From: Vicugna vicugna
Taxonomy: Eukaryota
Direction of reading: 5' to 3'
Length of the DNA stretch: 64,000 bases
Assembly: GCA_013265495.1 (NCBI GenBank)
Contig: MU058423.1
Location: 1,377,061-1,441,060, forward strand
The translations under genes were made by a program, and so were the position numbers. The notes under the pieces were generated by a model that worked only from the letters and a program-made list of their open reading frames with translations, searched no databases and was not told the DNA's origin. Below, one piece after another: positions 53,208 through 64,000 of the stretch. The stretch's first letter is position 1. The number at the start of each line of letters is the position of its first letter.

Positions 53208-53715
53208 GTAGGTAATTCTCATATCAGTACCATACTTTGAGTACTGTAGCTTTGTAATAGGCTTTAAAATTGAGAAATGTGAGTCTTCCAGTTGTGTTCT
53301 TTATTTTTAAGACTGTTTTGGCTATTCTGGGTCCCTTGCATTTCCTCATGAATTTTAGAATCAGATTGTGAATTTCTCCTAATGAGCTAGTTGAGATTTT
53401 GAGGAAAACTGTTGAATATGTGTATCAATTTCAGAGCACTACCATGTTAACAACCCATGAGCATAAGATACCTTTCCATTTATTAAGGTATTATTTAGTT
53501 CCCTTCAGCAGTGTTTTGTAGTTTTCTGTGTGCAAGTCTTGCACTTGTCTTGTTAAATCTATTCTTAAGTATTTTTGATATGATTGTAATTTGAATTGGT
53601 TTTTTAATTTCATGCTATTTCATTTATTGCTATTTTATTGTTTTTATATGTTGATCCTGTAAGCTGGCTGAACATATTCATTACTTGTGATAGTTTGTGT
53701 GTATTCCTTAAGATT
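52755..53715 (-). mobile_element. Degenerate antisense L1 ORF2 fragment
   Basis: gtatatggtgtgagg...atccagttatctaagcatcatttgttgaaaagact...gttttggctattctgggtcccttgcattt. Confidence 0.85.
53173..53207 (+). repeat. (TAGA)8 tetranucleotide microsatellite
   Basis: Read directly. Confidence 0.95.
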
Positions 53716-54915
53716 TTTTAAAAATTGAAGTATAGTTGATTTACAATATTGTGTTAGTTTCAGTGTTACAGTAAAGTGATTCAGTATATATATACTTTTG
53801 AGATTATTTTCTATTAGAGGTTATTACAAGATATTGAATATAATCCTCTGTGCTATGCAATAAATTCTTGTTGCTTATCTATTTTATGTATAGTTAATCA
53901 CATACTTCTAATTGATCCCTCCCCACAGTCCTTTCCCCTTTGGTAACCATAAATTTGTTTTTTATATCTCAGTCTGTTTCTCTTTTGTATATAAATTCAT
54001 TTATATTATTTTTTGGATACCACTTGTAAGTGGTATTATATAATATTTGTCTTTCTTTGTCTGATTTGCTTTACTAAGTGCGATATCCTCTAGGTCCATC
54101 CATGTTGCTGCAAATGGCAAAATTTCACTCTTTTTTATGAGTAACATTCCATTATATATATATATTATTTTCTGTTAAGCCAATTGTCTGTTGATGGGCA
54201 CTTAGGTTGTTTCCATGTCTTGGCTATTGTAAATAGTGCTGCTATAAACATAATGGAACATACATCTTTTTGAGTTAGAGTTTTTGTGTTTTCTGGATAT
54301 ATACCCACAAGTGGGGTTGCTAGATTTTATAGTGTACCTATTTTTAGTTTTTAAAGGAAACTCCGTACTGTTTTCTATGGTGGTTGCATCAATTTACATT
54401 CCAACAGTGTAGGAGGGTTCCCTTCATGTCCTATCCAGCATTTATTTGTAGATGTTTCATTATAACTAATCAGACTAGTGTGAGGTGATATCTCATTGTA
54501 GTTTTGATTTGCATTTCTGTAATAATTAGTGATGTGGAGCATCTTTTCATGTTCCTGTTGACCATCTGTATGTCTTCTTTGGAGAAAGGTTTATGTACGT
54601 CTGTCCATTTTTTTAATTAGGTTGTTTGTTTTTTGATCCTGAGTTATACAACCTGTTTGTATATTTTTTATATTAACCTGTTGCCAGCTGCATCATTTGC
54701 AAATATTTTCTCCCATTGCACAGGTTGTCTTTTTGTTTTGTTGATGGTTTCCCTTGCTATACAAAAGCTTTTAAGCTTGATTAGGTCCCATTTGTTTATT
54801 TTTGCTTTTGTTTCTTTTGCCTTGGGAAACTGATCTAAGAAAATATTGCTATGATATATGTCAGAGAATGTTTTGCTTATGTTCTCTTCTAGCTGTTTTA
54901 TGGAGTCACATCTTA
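53715..54915 (-). mobile_element. L1 3' end (ORF2 C-terminus and 3'UTR), antisense
   Basis: Begins at a T-rich tail, then aattgaagtatagttgatttacaa. ORF 54668-54961 gives KAKETKAKINKWDLIKLKSFCIARETINKTKRQPVQWEKIFAN, which is L1 ORF2p. Confidence 0.92.
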
Positions 54916-56255
54916 CAGAAGAAAATAGATGTCTAGGTATAGGAAGCACAGAGGGCCCCAAACAATAGAATCCAAACAGACTTAAACCAAGACATATAAT
55001 AATTAAAGCAGCAAAAGTTAAGGATAAAGAGAATATTTTAAGGATAGCAAGAGAAAAGCAAAGAGTCAGTTACAATGGAATCCCTGTAAGGCGGTAAGCT
55101 GATTTCTTTGCAGAAACTTTGCAGCCCAGAAGAAAGTGACATGATATACTGAAAGCTCTGAAAGGGGAAAACATGCAATCCAAGATACCCAGCAAGGTTA
55201 GCATTTAGAATAGAAGAAAAAATAATTTCTCAGACAAGCAAAACTAAAAGTATTCAATAATACTAAACCTACCCAAAAAGAAATATTAAAATGTCTTCTC
55301 TGAATAGAAAAGAAGCATGAGTCTAGAGGAATGGGAAAATCAGAATAGGAAAGGGAAGAAAAAAAAAAGCATTGAAGGCTTCTTAAATAAGCCAGCACAG
55401 AGAATAAAAAACAAGTAATTTGTCTAAAAGCAATTATAATTAAATTAACAACAAAGGATAAGCATGAAGATATAAGACATCAAAATCACAAAATGTGGGG
55501 GATTATAAAAATACAGATCTTTTCCAATGTGTCTGAACTCATATGCTAGTTTAAAGCAAATCCAGGGTACCTACAAATCAAAACAAATAATAGATTCACA
55601 GAAACCATAAAGAAAGGAACTCAAGTATCCTACAAAAGAAAACTATCAAACCACAAAGGTAAGAACAAAAAGAAGAGATGAACAAAGAACTCCAAAAACA
55701 ACTGAAAGACAAGGTTTAAAATGGCAATAGGTACATACCTATCAATAATTACTTTAAATGTCAATGAACTAAATGCTGTGATGAAAAGAACTAGAATGGC
55801 AGATTGGATAAAAAAACAAACGCTACAATATACTGCTTACAAGAGACTCATTTCAGGGTGGAAGACCTACACAGATTGAAAGTGAAGAGATGGAAAAAGT
55901 TATTTCATGCAATAGAAAGAGGAAAGTTGAGTAGCAATATTCATAGACAAAGCAGACTTTAAAATAAAGGCTATAAACAAAGACAAAGTGGACATTACAT
56001 ATGATAAAGGGATTAATAAAAGAAGAGGGTACTACACTTTTAACATTTATGCATCTAATACGAGAACACCTAAATATATAAAACCAACCCTAACAGACAT
56101 AAAAGGAGAGATTGACAATAAAATAATAATAGGAGACTTTAATATCCCACTGATGTCAATGAACAGATCATCTAAACAGAAAATAAATATGGCAACAGAG
56201 GTCCCAAAGGATACAGCAGACCAGTTGTACTTAATAATCCACAGGACAACATACA
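54916..56255 (+). mobile_element. L1 fragment: ORF1 3' half, inter-ORF and ORF2 endonuclease start
   Basis: ORF1-like gcaagagaaaagcaaagagtc...gctgatttctttgcagaaac. Endonuclease remnant NIYASNTRTPKYIKPTLTDIKGEIDNKIIIGDFNIPL. Confidence 0.9.
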
Positions 56256-56259
56256 AAAT

Positions 56260-56297
<38 letters not shown>

Positions 56298-56342
56298 GTG
56301 TATATACGATGTGTATAATACAAGGATGTGTGTGTGTGTGTA
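56260..56342 (+). repeat. Compound (CA)n(TA)n(TG)n microsatellite
   Basis: Read directly. Confidence 0.9.
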
Positions 56343-56500
56343 TAATTGATTTCCCAGTGTTTTACAGTAGGTCCTTCATGTTTATCTTTTATATACAGTA
56401 ATGTGTATATCTTAATATCAAACTCCTAATTTATCCCTCCCTGTCCCCCCACTCTCCCCTTTGGTAACCATAAGTTTGTTTTCTATGTGTGTGAATCTAT
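56343..56500 (-). mobile_element. Short antisense L1 3'UTR fragment
   Basis: aatttatccctcc...cccctttggtaaccataagtttgttttctatg, similar to 53910-53970. Confidence 0.75.
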
Positions 56501-57764
56501 ATAATAGATGTTTTAAAGTCTTTGTCTTGTAAGTCCAACATCTGAGCTTCCTTGGTTACACTTTCTATTGACTGCTTTGTCTTGTTTTGTAGACATCATA
56601 CTTTCCTCTTTCTTTACATGCCCAATAATATTTTTGTTGTTGAAAACTGGTTATTTTATGTAATAGAATATGGAAACTCAGAAAATCAGCTCCATCCCCC
56701 CTCCCACTGCCTTTTCCCAAAGATTGTAATTGTTTTGCTATTCGATTACTTTCTTGGTCAATTCAGTAGTCTGTATTTTTTGTTGTGTAAAGCCAATGAA
56801 TTGTTTGATTAGTGGCATGGTCAGCTAGTGATCGGTAGAAGCTTTCTTAAATGCCTTAAATCAGTATAACCCCTACCCTTTAACAAGAGTCTCTGTGTAT
56901 ATATTACAGTATGCCTTCAGTGATCTGGCAGTTTACAACTGTTTCTGAGCTTTACTTCCTGCTTGTACAATAATTCAGTGTTACTATAGATGAAAGATCA
57001 AGGTCTTTTTATATCCTCCTGAGAATGCACATGTTCTTGCACATGGGTTCTGCCTTCCAGACCTCTAGGAATAGTATGTATCCTTTCATAGCCAGTTGTA
57101 GAAATTTATTTCCCAGATTTTTCTATGTAATTTTGGAGGGCTTTTTTCTTTTTCATTTTCTTTTTCCTTTTCTTTTTCTTTTTTCTTTTTCTTTTTCTTT
57201 TTTATTCTTTTTTCCCCTCTAACTAGTTTTGCTGCCTCAGGCTGCTGCAATGTTAAATAATTGCCATTATTATTATTTTTTAATATACTAACAACCAAGA
57301 GTTTCCTCACTGTATGAATTCTGAATCAGTTCAAAATCCTCTGAATGAGGTGCTTCCAGGGAGCTTCCAAACAGGTCAAATGGTGACAATTCTCTGGTAA
57401 TGAGCTATGAGGGGGCCTCCGAACTCATTCTCACTTCACACATATCTGGTCAATTTATCTTTATCATAGGTGCCAAAGAAATTCAATGACAAAAGCATAA
57501 TTGTTTAACCAAATGGTCCACAAACAACTGAATAGGTAAGTAGAAACAAAACACTAATACTTAAATAATGACATACACAAAATGTTTATTTAAATGGCTT
57601 AGAGATCTATATAAGAAAACTAAAAATTTAAATATACATATATTTATAAATAATATTACCAACTATGTGGGACACAATGATTTTCTATATATAGGACATG
57701 AAAGGCATGAGCCATTAAAAAACTGATAGACTAGATTTATAAAAATAAAAATTCTCTGCTCTTT

Positions 57765-58410
57765 TGTGATAATTTTATGTGTCAGCTTGGCTAGACTATG
57801 GTGCCCTGTTGTTTTGCCAAACACTACTCTAGATGTTGCTGTGAAAATATTATTTTAAGTGTGATTAACTTATATAATCAGTTTAATAAGGCATATTACC
57901 CTCCACAGTGTGGATTGGCCGTATTCAATCAATTGAAGGCCTTAAGAGCTAAAACTGAGGTTTCCCATAAAGAAGAAATTCTACCTCAAGACTGTAACAT
58001 AATGTTCACTAAACTCATCCTGGTAATCATTTCATAGTGTATGCAAGTTAAATTATTATGTTATATAACTTAAACTTATAACTGTTGTATGTTAGTTATA
58101 TCTCAATAAAACAGGGTGGGTGGGGAGAAGACTGCAACATAAATATTCTGGCTGTATTTTCAGCCTGTTGCCCAGCCCCATGGATTGTGGACTCAAGGTT
58201 GCAGCATCAGCTCTTACCTGAATTTCCTGCCAGCTGGCTGTCCTACAGATTTCTGAATTGTCTGACCACACAATCAGGTGAGCCAACTTTTTTTTACAAA
58301 TCAATAAATCAGTCAATCTCTCTCTGACTCGCTCCCTCCCTCCCCGCTCTCCCACCTCTCCTTCTCTACACACATACACAGAGTTCTGTTTCTCTGTAAA
58401 ACCCTTATAC
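57765..58410 (+). mobile_element. MLT2 (ERVL) LTR, interrupted by a short L1 3' insertion
   Basis: tgtgataattttatgtgtcagcttggctag...attcaatcaattgaaggcctta...gttctgtttctctgtaaaacccttataca. Confidence 0.85.
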
Positions 58411-59350
58411 AGAACCTTAAGAAAATGAAAAAGAAAACTAGAGTACTACAAAATATTCTAAATATACTGTTTGCAGAGGAATTATATCCAAAATATGTAA
58501 AGAACTCCTTTAATCTAGTAATATAAAGATCTATAAAGAAAGAAACAGATTTAAACAAACACTTCATAACATTAGAAAAACAAATGTTCAATGGATGTAT
58601 TAAATTATCCTCAACATTATTTGTCATTAGAGAAGTTCACATGAAAATGTCAAAATCATTACACTACAAACCAATTAGAACTGCTAAAATTAATAACGCT
58701 GACAACAAATATTGATTAAGTATGGAGCATTTGGAATTTTTGTGTTTCTAGTGAGTGTAAATTTATAACCACTTTCAAAAATTGTTTGCCAGCTTTTTGA
58801 AATCCAAATTTACAATTACCAAATGAGCTAGCTGGATATTTCCCCAAGAGAAATGACAAAATATGTCTACACACAGACTTGCACTTGAAACCTCATGGCA
58901 GGTTTATTAATAATAACCATAAATTAGAAATAATGAAAATGTCCATCAACAGGTGGATAGATGAACACATTGTGGTATATTCATAGAATGGAATGCTAAT
59001 AAAAGGAGACAAATTACTGGTATATGCAAAGAAAGATGAAATTTTAAAACATACTTAGTGAATACAGCTATACCTAAAAGAGTTCATTAATACAATTCCA
59101 TTTATATGAAATTTTAGAAAAAGCAAAAAAAAAATAATCATCTATAATTAGACAAGACAAATGCATCTTTGCCTGGGCTTTATTATTAGGGGATTGACTA
59201 CAAAGGGAATTTTGGGGAGTGATGGAATACCTTAACTTCTTAATTCTAGTAGTGCTTACATTGCTGTACATAATTCTTGAAACTCATCTAAATCTGTACT
59301 TAGGATGAACACACTTATTGTATGCAAGTTATACTTAAATAAGGTTTATG
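58410..59350 (+). mobile_element. Old L1 3' region
   Basis: aaatgtccatcaacaggtggatagatgaacacattgtggtatattcatagaatggaat...tgcaagttatacttaaataa. Confidence 0.8.
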
Positions 59351-59976
59351 TAACAAATATAAATTCATTAAATGCATCAAAAATTTACATAGGCACTGGT
59401 GAATTTGAGGACCACACTTCAGAAAGCAGGTAAGCCCCCCAAAATAAGCCTGTCATTAGTGATGCTTTTTTTCAAATTGTGGTAATTGCCAACTCTGAAA
59501 GCAGATGCTGAGAGAGTACCAAACCAAGCATTACTTTTTGTGGATTCATGGTAGTACAATGACAAATATGGCCTTAGGAGGAAGTAAGACTTTGGCAAAG
59601 AATGAAAACTTAAAGTTGGGACTGTGAAAGGAATGAGTCTGAAGTATATATAGAATTTCCCTCATAGATTTGGAAAACAAACTTCAGATCATATTATTCC
59701 TTAAATAAATCAATGTACCCTGGAATTTCTAGTTCCCCTAGCCTATCTTTCTAAAAGAATCATGAGTAAGTCCTGTCAGGAGGAAGATTATATCATCCAG
59801 TGTCTTAAATTGTATGTATAGTTTTATTATTAAATCTCATAATAAAATATCTGACAATCAGATGAGTATATGGTATATCAAATACTAAAAAAAATATATT
59901 TTAGACCACCAAGAAATCTAAACAATGTATTAACAGACATGGACTTTAAAATAACTAAAATGCAGGTAGAGATATT

Positions 59977-62900
59977 TGGGGGTTGGTGGCCGAGATGGTG
60001 GAGTAGAAGTGCTGGAGCACATCTCCTCTCAAAAACACACCAGAATCACTACTGACTCAGAAAAATCATCAATAAGAAAGACTGGAACCTACCAGAACTA
60101 ATCTTCCATTACAAAAGACATAAAGTAGAAACCACGATGAGAAGGGAAGGAGAGGCACACTGTTGATAAAATCAAATCCCATGGTGAGTGACTCCCAAAC
60201 CAGAGAATTATTATATTGCAGAGCTTCTCCCACAGGATTAAGAATTCTGAGCCTCACATCAAGCTCTCCAGCCTGGGGTCCAGCACTGGGAGGGGGAACC
60301 CTCAGAGTATTTGGCTTTGAAGACCAATGGGGCTTAATTGCAGGAGAGCCACAGGACTGAGAGAAAGAGAGGCTTTTTTCTTAAAGGATGCACACAAAAT
60401 CTCATGCTCACTGGGATCAAGGGAAAAGGCAATGATTTCATAGGAGCCTGGGCCAGACCTACCTGCTGGTCTTTGAGGGTTTCCTGGGGAGTTGGGATGT
60501 GGCTGTGGCTCACCTGGGGACATAGACATGGTGGTGGACATATCGGGGAGTATTCATCTGCATAAACTCTTCTTCCTGGAAGCTGACATCCTTCCTGGGT
60601 CATGAGCAACTAGACATCACCCCACCCAAAGCCTGTAAAATCCAACTCTGTGATGCCTCAGGCCAAAACACTAACTAGGTGGGGAAACACAGCCATCCTT
60701 CGGAAGACAGGCTGCCTACAGACTTCCTGAGCCCATAGCCCCCTCTAGACATGCCCCTAGACAGGGCATGCCTACAAGAGGGCCAAGCCCCAGCCTCACC
60801 CACAAGGTGGCAGACACCAGAAGTGAGAAAACTATGATCCTGCAACCTATGGAATGAGTCTGTAACTGCAGGCTGGACTCTACCAGCTGACCCTTGGAAC
60901 ACTGGGTGATGAGAGGGGAGTGAACTGCTGGGACATAGAGGACCTTTCCTACAGAAGACCATTTCTCCAAGGTCGAGAAACATAAATTACCTACCACATA
61001 CATAAAAATACAAATAGAATTTTAGACAAAATGAGGTGGCAGAGAAATACATCCAGACAAAGCAACAAGATAAAATCCCAGATGAAGAAATAAGGGACAT
61101 AAAGATAAGCAGTCTACTCAAGAAGAAATTAGGATGGTGATTGTAAAGATGATCAAAGAACTTGGCAGGAGAATAGATGCACCAAGCAAGAAGTTAGATT
61201 TTAACAAAGATTAGAAAATATGAAGAATAACCAAACAGAGTTGTAAAATACAATAATTGAAATGAAAAATACACTAGAAGGAATCAATAGTAGACTAAAT
61301 GAAGCAGAAGAATGGATCAGTGAGCTGGAAAACAAAATAGTGAAAATCACTATCACAGAACAGAAAAAAGAAAAGAAGAATGAAAAGAAATGACATTTAA
61401 GAAACTTCTGGGACCTCATCAAGCACAATAATATTTACATTTAAGGGTCCCAGGAGAAGAGAGAGAAAAAGGGCCTGAGAAAATATTTGAAGACACATAG
61501 CTGAAAACACCCATAACCTAGGGAAGTAAGAGGTCACCCAAGTTGAGGAAGTGCAGATACTCCCATGTAGGATTACCCTAAAAGGTTCCATACCTAGACA
61601 CATTATAATTAAATGACAAAGATTAAGGATGGAGAGAATTTTTTTTTAAAAAGGGAAAAGCAACAATTAACATACAAAGGAACTGCCATAAGACTATCAG
61701 CTGATTTTTCAGCAGAAAATCTGTAGGCCAGAAGGGAAGGGGATGGCAAGATATATTTAAAGTGATGAAACGGAAAAACCCACAACCAAGAATACTCTAC
61801 CAAACATGGCTCTCATTCAGATTTGATGGAGAAATCAAAAGCTTTACAGACAAGCAAAAGCAAACAAAATTTAAAACAAATACTAAACAACTTCTCTAGG
61901 AGGAAAAAAAGCCACAACTAGAAATAAGAAAATTATGAAATGGAAAAGCTCACTGGTAAAAAAAAAACAAAAACATACAGTAAAGGTAGGAAATCATCCA
62001 TAACACAAACTAGTAGGAAGACTAAAAGATTAAAACAAAAACAAAAAAGTAGTATAATCATTTGTATTCACAATAAGCAGTTAAGGGATACAAATGACGA
62101 TTAAATGTAAAATATAATATGAAAAAGAGTAACTGTGATGGGAGAAGGTTACAAATGCAGTGTATTTAAAATGCATTTGAAATTAAGAGATCAGCAACTT
62201 GAAGTTATATATATATAACTATATATATATATAAAAAGAGAGAAATGATTATAAATCAATAAAAAATGTTAAAAAAAGAGAGAGAGAATTACTGACAACT
62301 ATATGCCAACAAAAAGGATAACCTAGAAGAAATGGACAGTTTCTAAGAAATGTACAATTTGCCAAAACTGTATCAGGAAGAAATAGAAAATATCAATAGC
62401 CCAATTACCAATACTGAAATTGAATCAATAATTTAGAAACTCCCAACAAACAAAGGTCCAGGACCAGATGGCTTCACAGGCAAATTCTACCAAACATTTA
62501 GAGAACAGTTAACACCTATCCTTCTGAAACTATCCCAAAAATTTGCAGAGGAAGGAACACTTCTGAACTCATTCTATGAGGCCACGATTGCCCTGATACC
62601 AAAACCAGACAAAGATATACAGAAAAAGAAAATTACAGGCCAATATTACTTACAAATATAGCTGCAAAAATCCTCAGTAAAATGCCAGCAAATTGACTCA
62701 AAAATGCATTAAAATGATCATACACTGTGATCAAGTGGGATGTAAACCAGGGATGCAAGGATTTTTCAACATCCACAAGTCAATTAACATGATACACCAC
62801 ATTAACAAATTGAAGAATAAAAACTATATGATCATCTCAACAGATGTAGAAAAGCTTTTGATAAAATTCGACATCCACTTATGATAAAAAAAAAGCTCTC

Positions 62901-64000
62901 CAGAAAATGGGCACAGAGGGAACATATCTCAATATAATAAAGGCCATATATGACAAACTAGCATCATACTCAATGGTGAAAAGCTGAAGGCATTCCCTCT
63001 AAGGTCAGGAACAAGACAAGGATGCCCACACTCACCAATTTTATTCAACATAGTTTTGGAAGTCCTGGCCATAGCAATCAGAGAAGAAAAATAAATAAAA
63101 GGAATCCAAATTGGAAAAGATGAAGAAAACTGTCAACTGTTTGCAGATGGCATAATGCTATACATAGAAAACCCTAAAGAAGCTACTAGAAAACTATTAG
63201 AGCTCATCAATGAATTTGGTAAAGTTGCAGGATACAAAATTAATGTACAGAAATCTGTTGCATTTCTATACAATAACAATGACATATCAGAAAGAGAAAT
63301 TAAGAAAACAATCCCATTTGCATCACATCAAAAAGAATAAAATACCTAGGAATAAATCTATTTAAGGAGGCAAAGGACATGTACTCTCAAAACTGTAAGA
63401 CCTAGATTAAAAAAACTGAAAATGATATAAACAGATGGAAAGATATACTATGTTCTTGAATTAGAAGAATCAACATTTTTAAAATGGCCATACTACCCAA
63501 GGCAATATACAGATTCAATGCAATCCTTATAAAATTACCAATGACATTTTTCACAGAGCTGGAACAAAAAATGTTGAAATTTGTATGGAAACACAAAAGA
63601 CCCTAAATAGTCAAAACAATCTTGAACAAGGAGAACCGAGCTGGGAGAATCATGCTCCTTGACTTCAAACTATACTACAATGCTACATTAATCAAAACAG
63701 TATGGTACTGGCACAAAAACAGACACATAGATCATTGAAACAGGATATAGTCCAGAAATAAACCCATGCACTTATGGTCAATTCATCTATGGCAAAGGAG
63801 GCAAGACAAGAATATACAATAGAGAAAAGATTGTCTCTTCAATGAGTGGTGATGGAAAAACTGAATAGCTAGCTATAAAAGAATGAAATTGGAATATCCT
63901 CTAATGTCATATACAAAAGTAAAATCAAAATGTATTACAGACCTAAATGTAAGACCGTATACACTGAAGCTCCTGTAGGAAAACATGGGCAGAACACTCT
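59977..64000 (+). mobile_element. L1 with 5'UTR, disrupted ORF1 and ORF2 RT region; continues past the window edge
   Basis: L1-type 5' start (gggg...agatggtggagtag), ORF1-like sequence from about 61030, and ORF2 RT remnants ([63 protein letters not shown]). Confidence 0.92.

Overview
Mammalian genomic DNA (probably camelid, inferred from a tRNA-derived SINE resembling the camelid Vic-1 family and no recognisable Alu, Bov or PRE-1 SINEs). It contains two head-to-head genes sharing a CpG island at about 26.2-27.5 kb. On the minus strand is the 5' half of CEPT1 (choline/ethanolamine phosphotransferase 1): coding exons 2-4 and part of exon 5, running off the left edge. On the plus strand is the complete DRAM2 coding sequence (7 coding exons, 801 nt, 266 aa), including a U12-type minor intron. 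The last ~15 kb is a nested field of L1 and LTR remnants. The most notable observation is an intact 85-nt paralogue of CEPT1 exon 5 at 6681-6765 (-). It has canonical splice sites and the same entry phase, keeps the DVTE.Q motif despite changed third codon positions, and is a candidate mutually exclusive duplicated exon that would swap a membrane helix of the enzyme. Also notable are U2-type sites staggered over the DRAM2 U12 intron, AG|GT junctions resembling recursive splice sites, and overlapping sense/antisense splice signals in the bidirectional promoter. Repeat boundaries and subfamily names are read by eye and are approximate.
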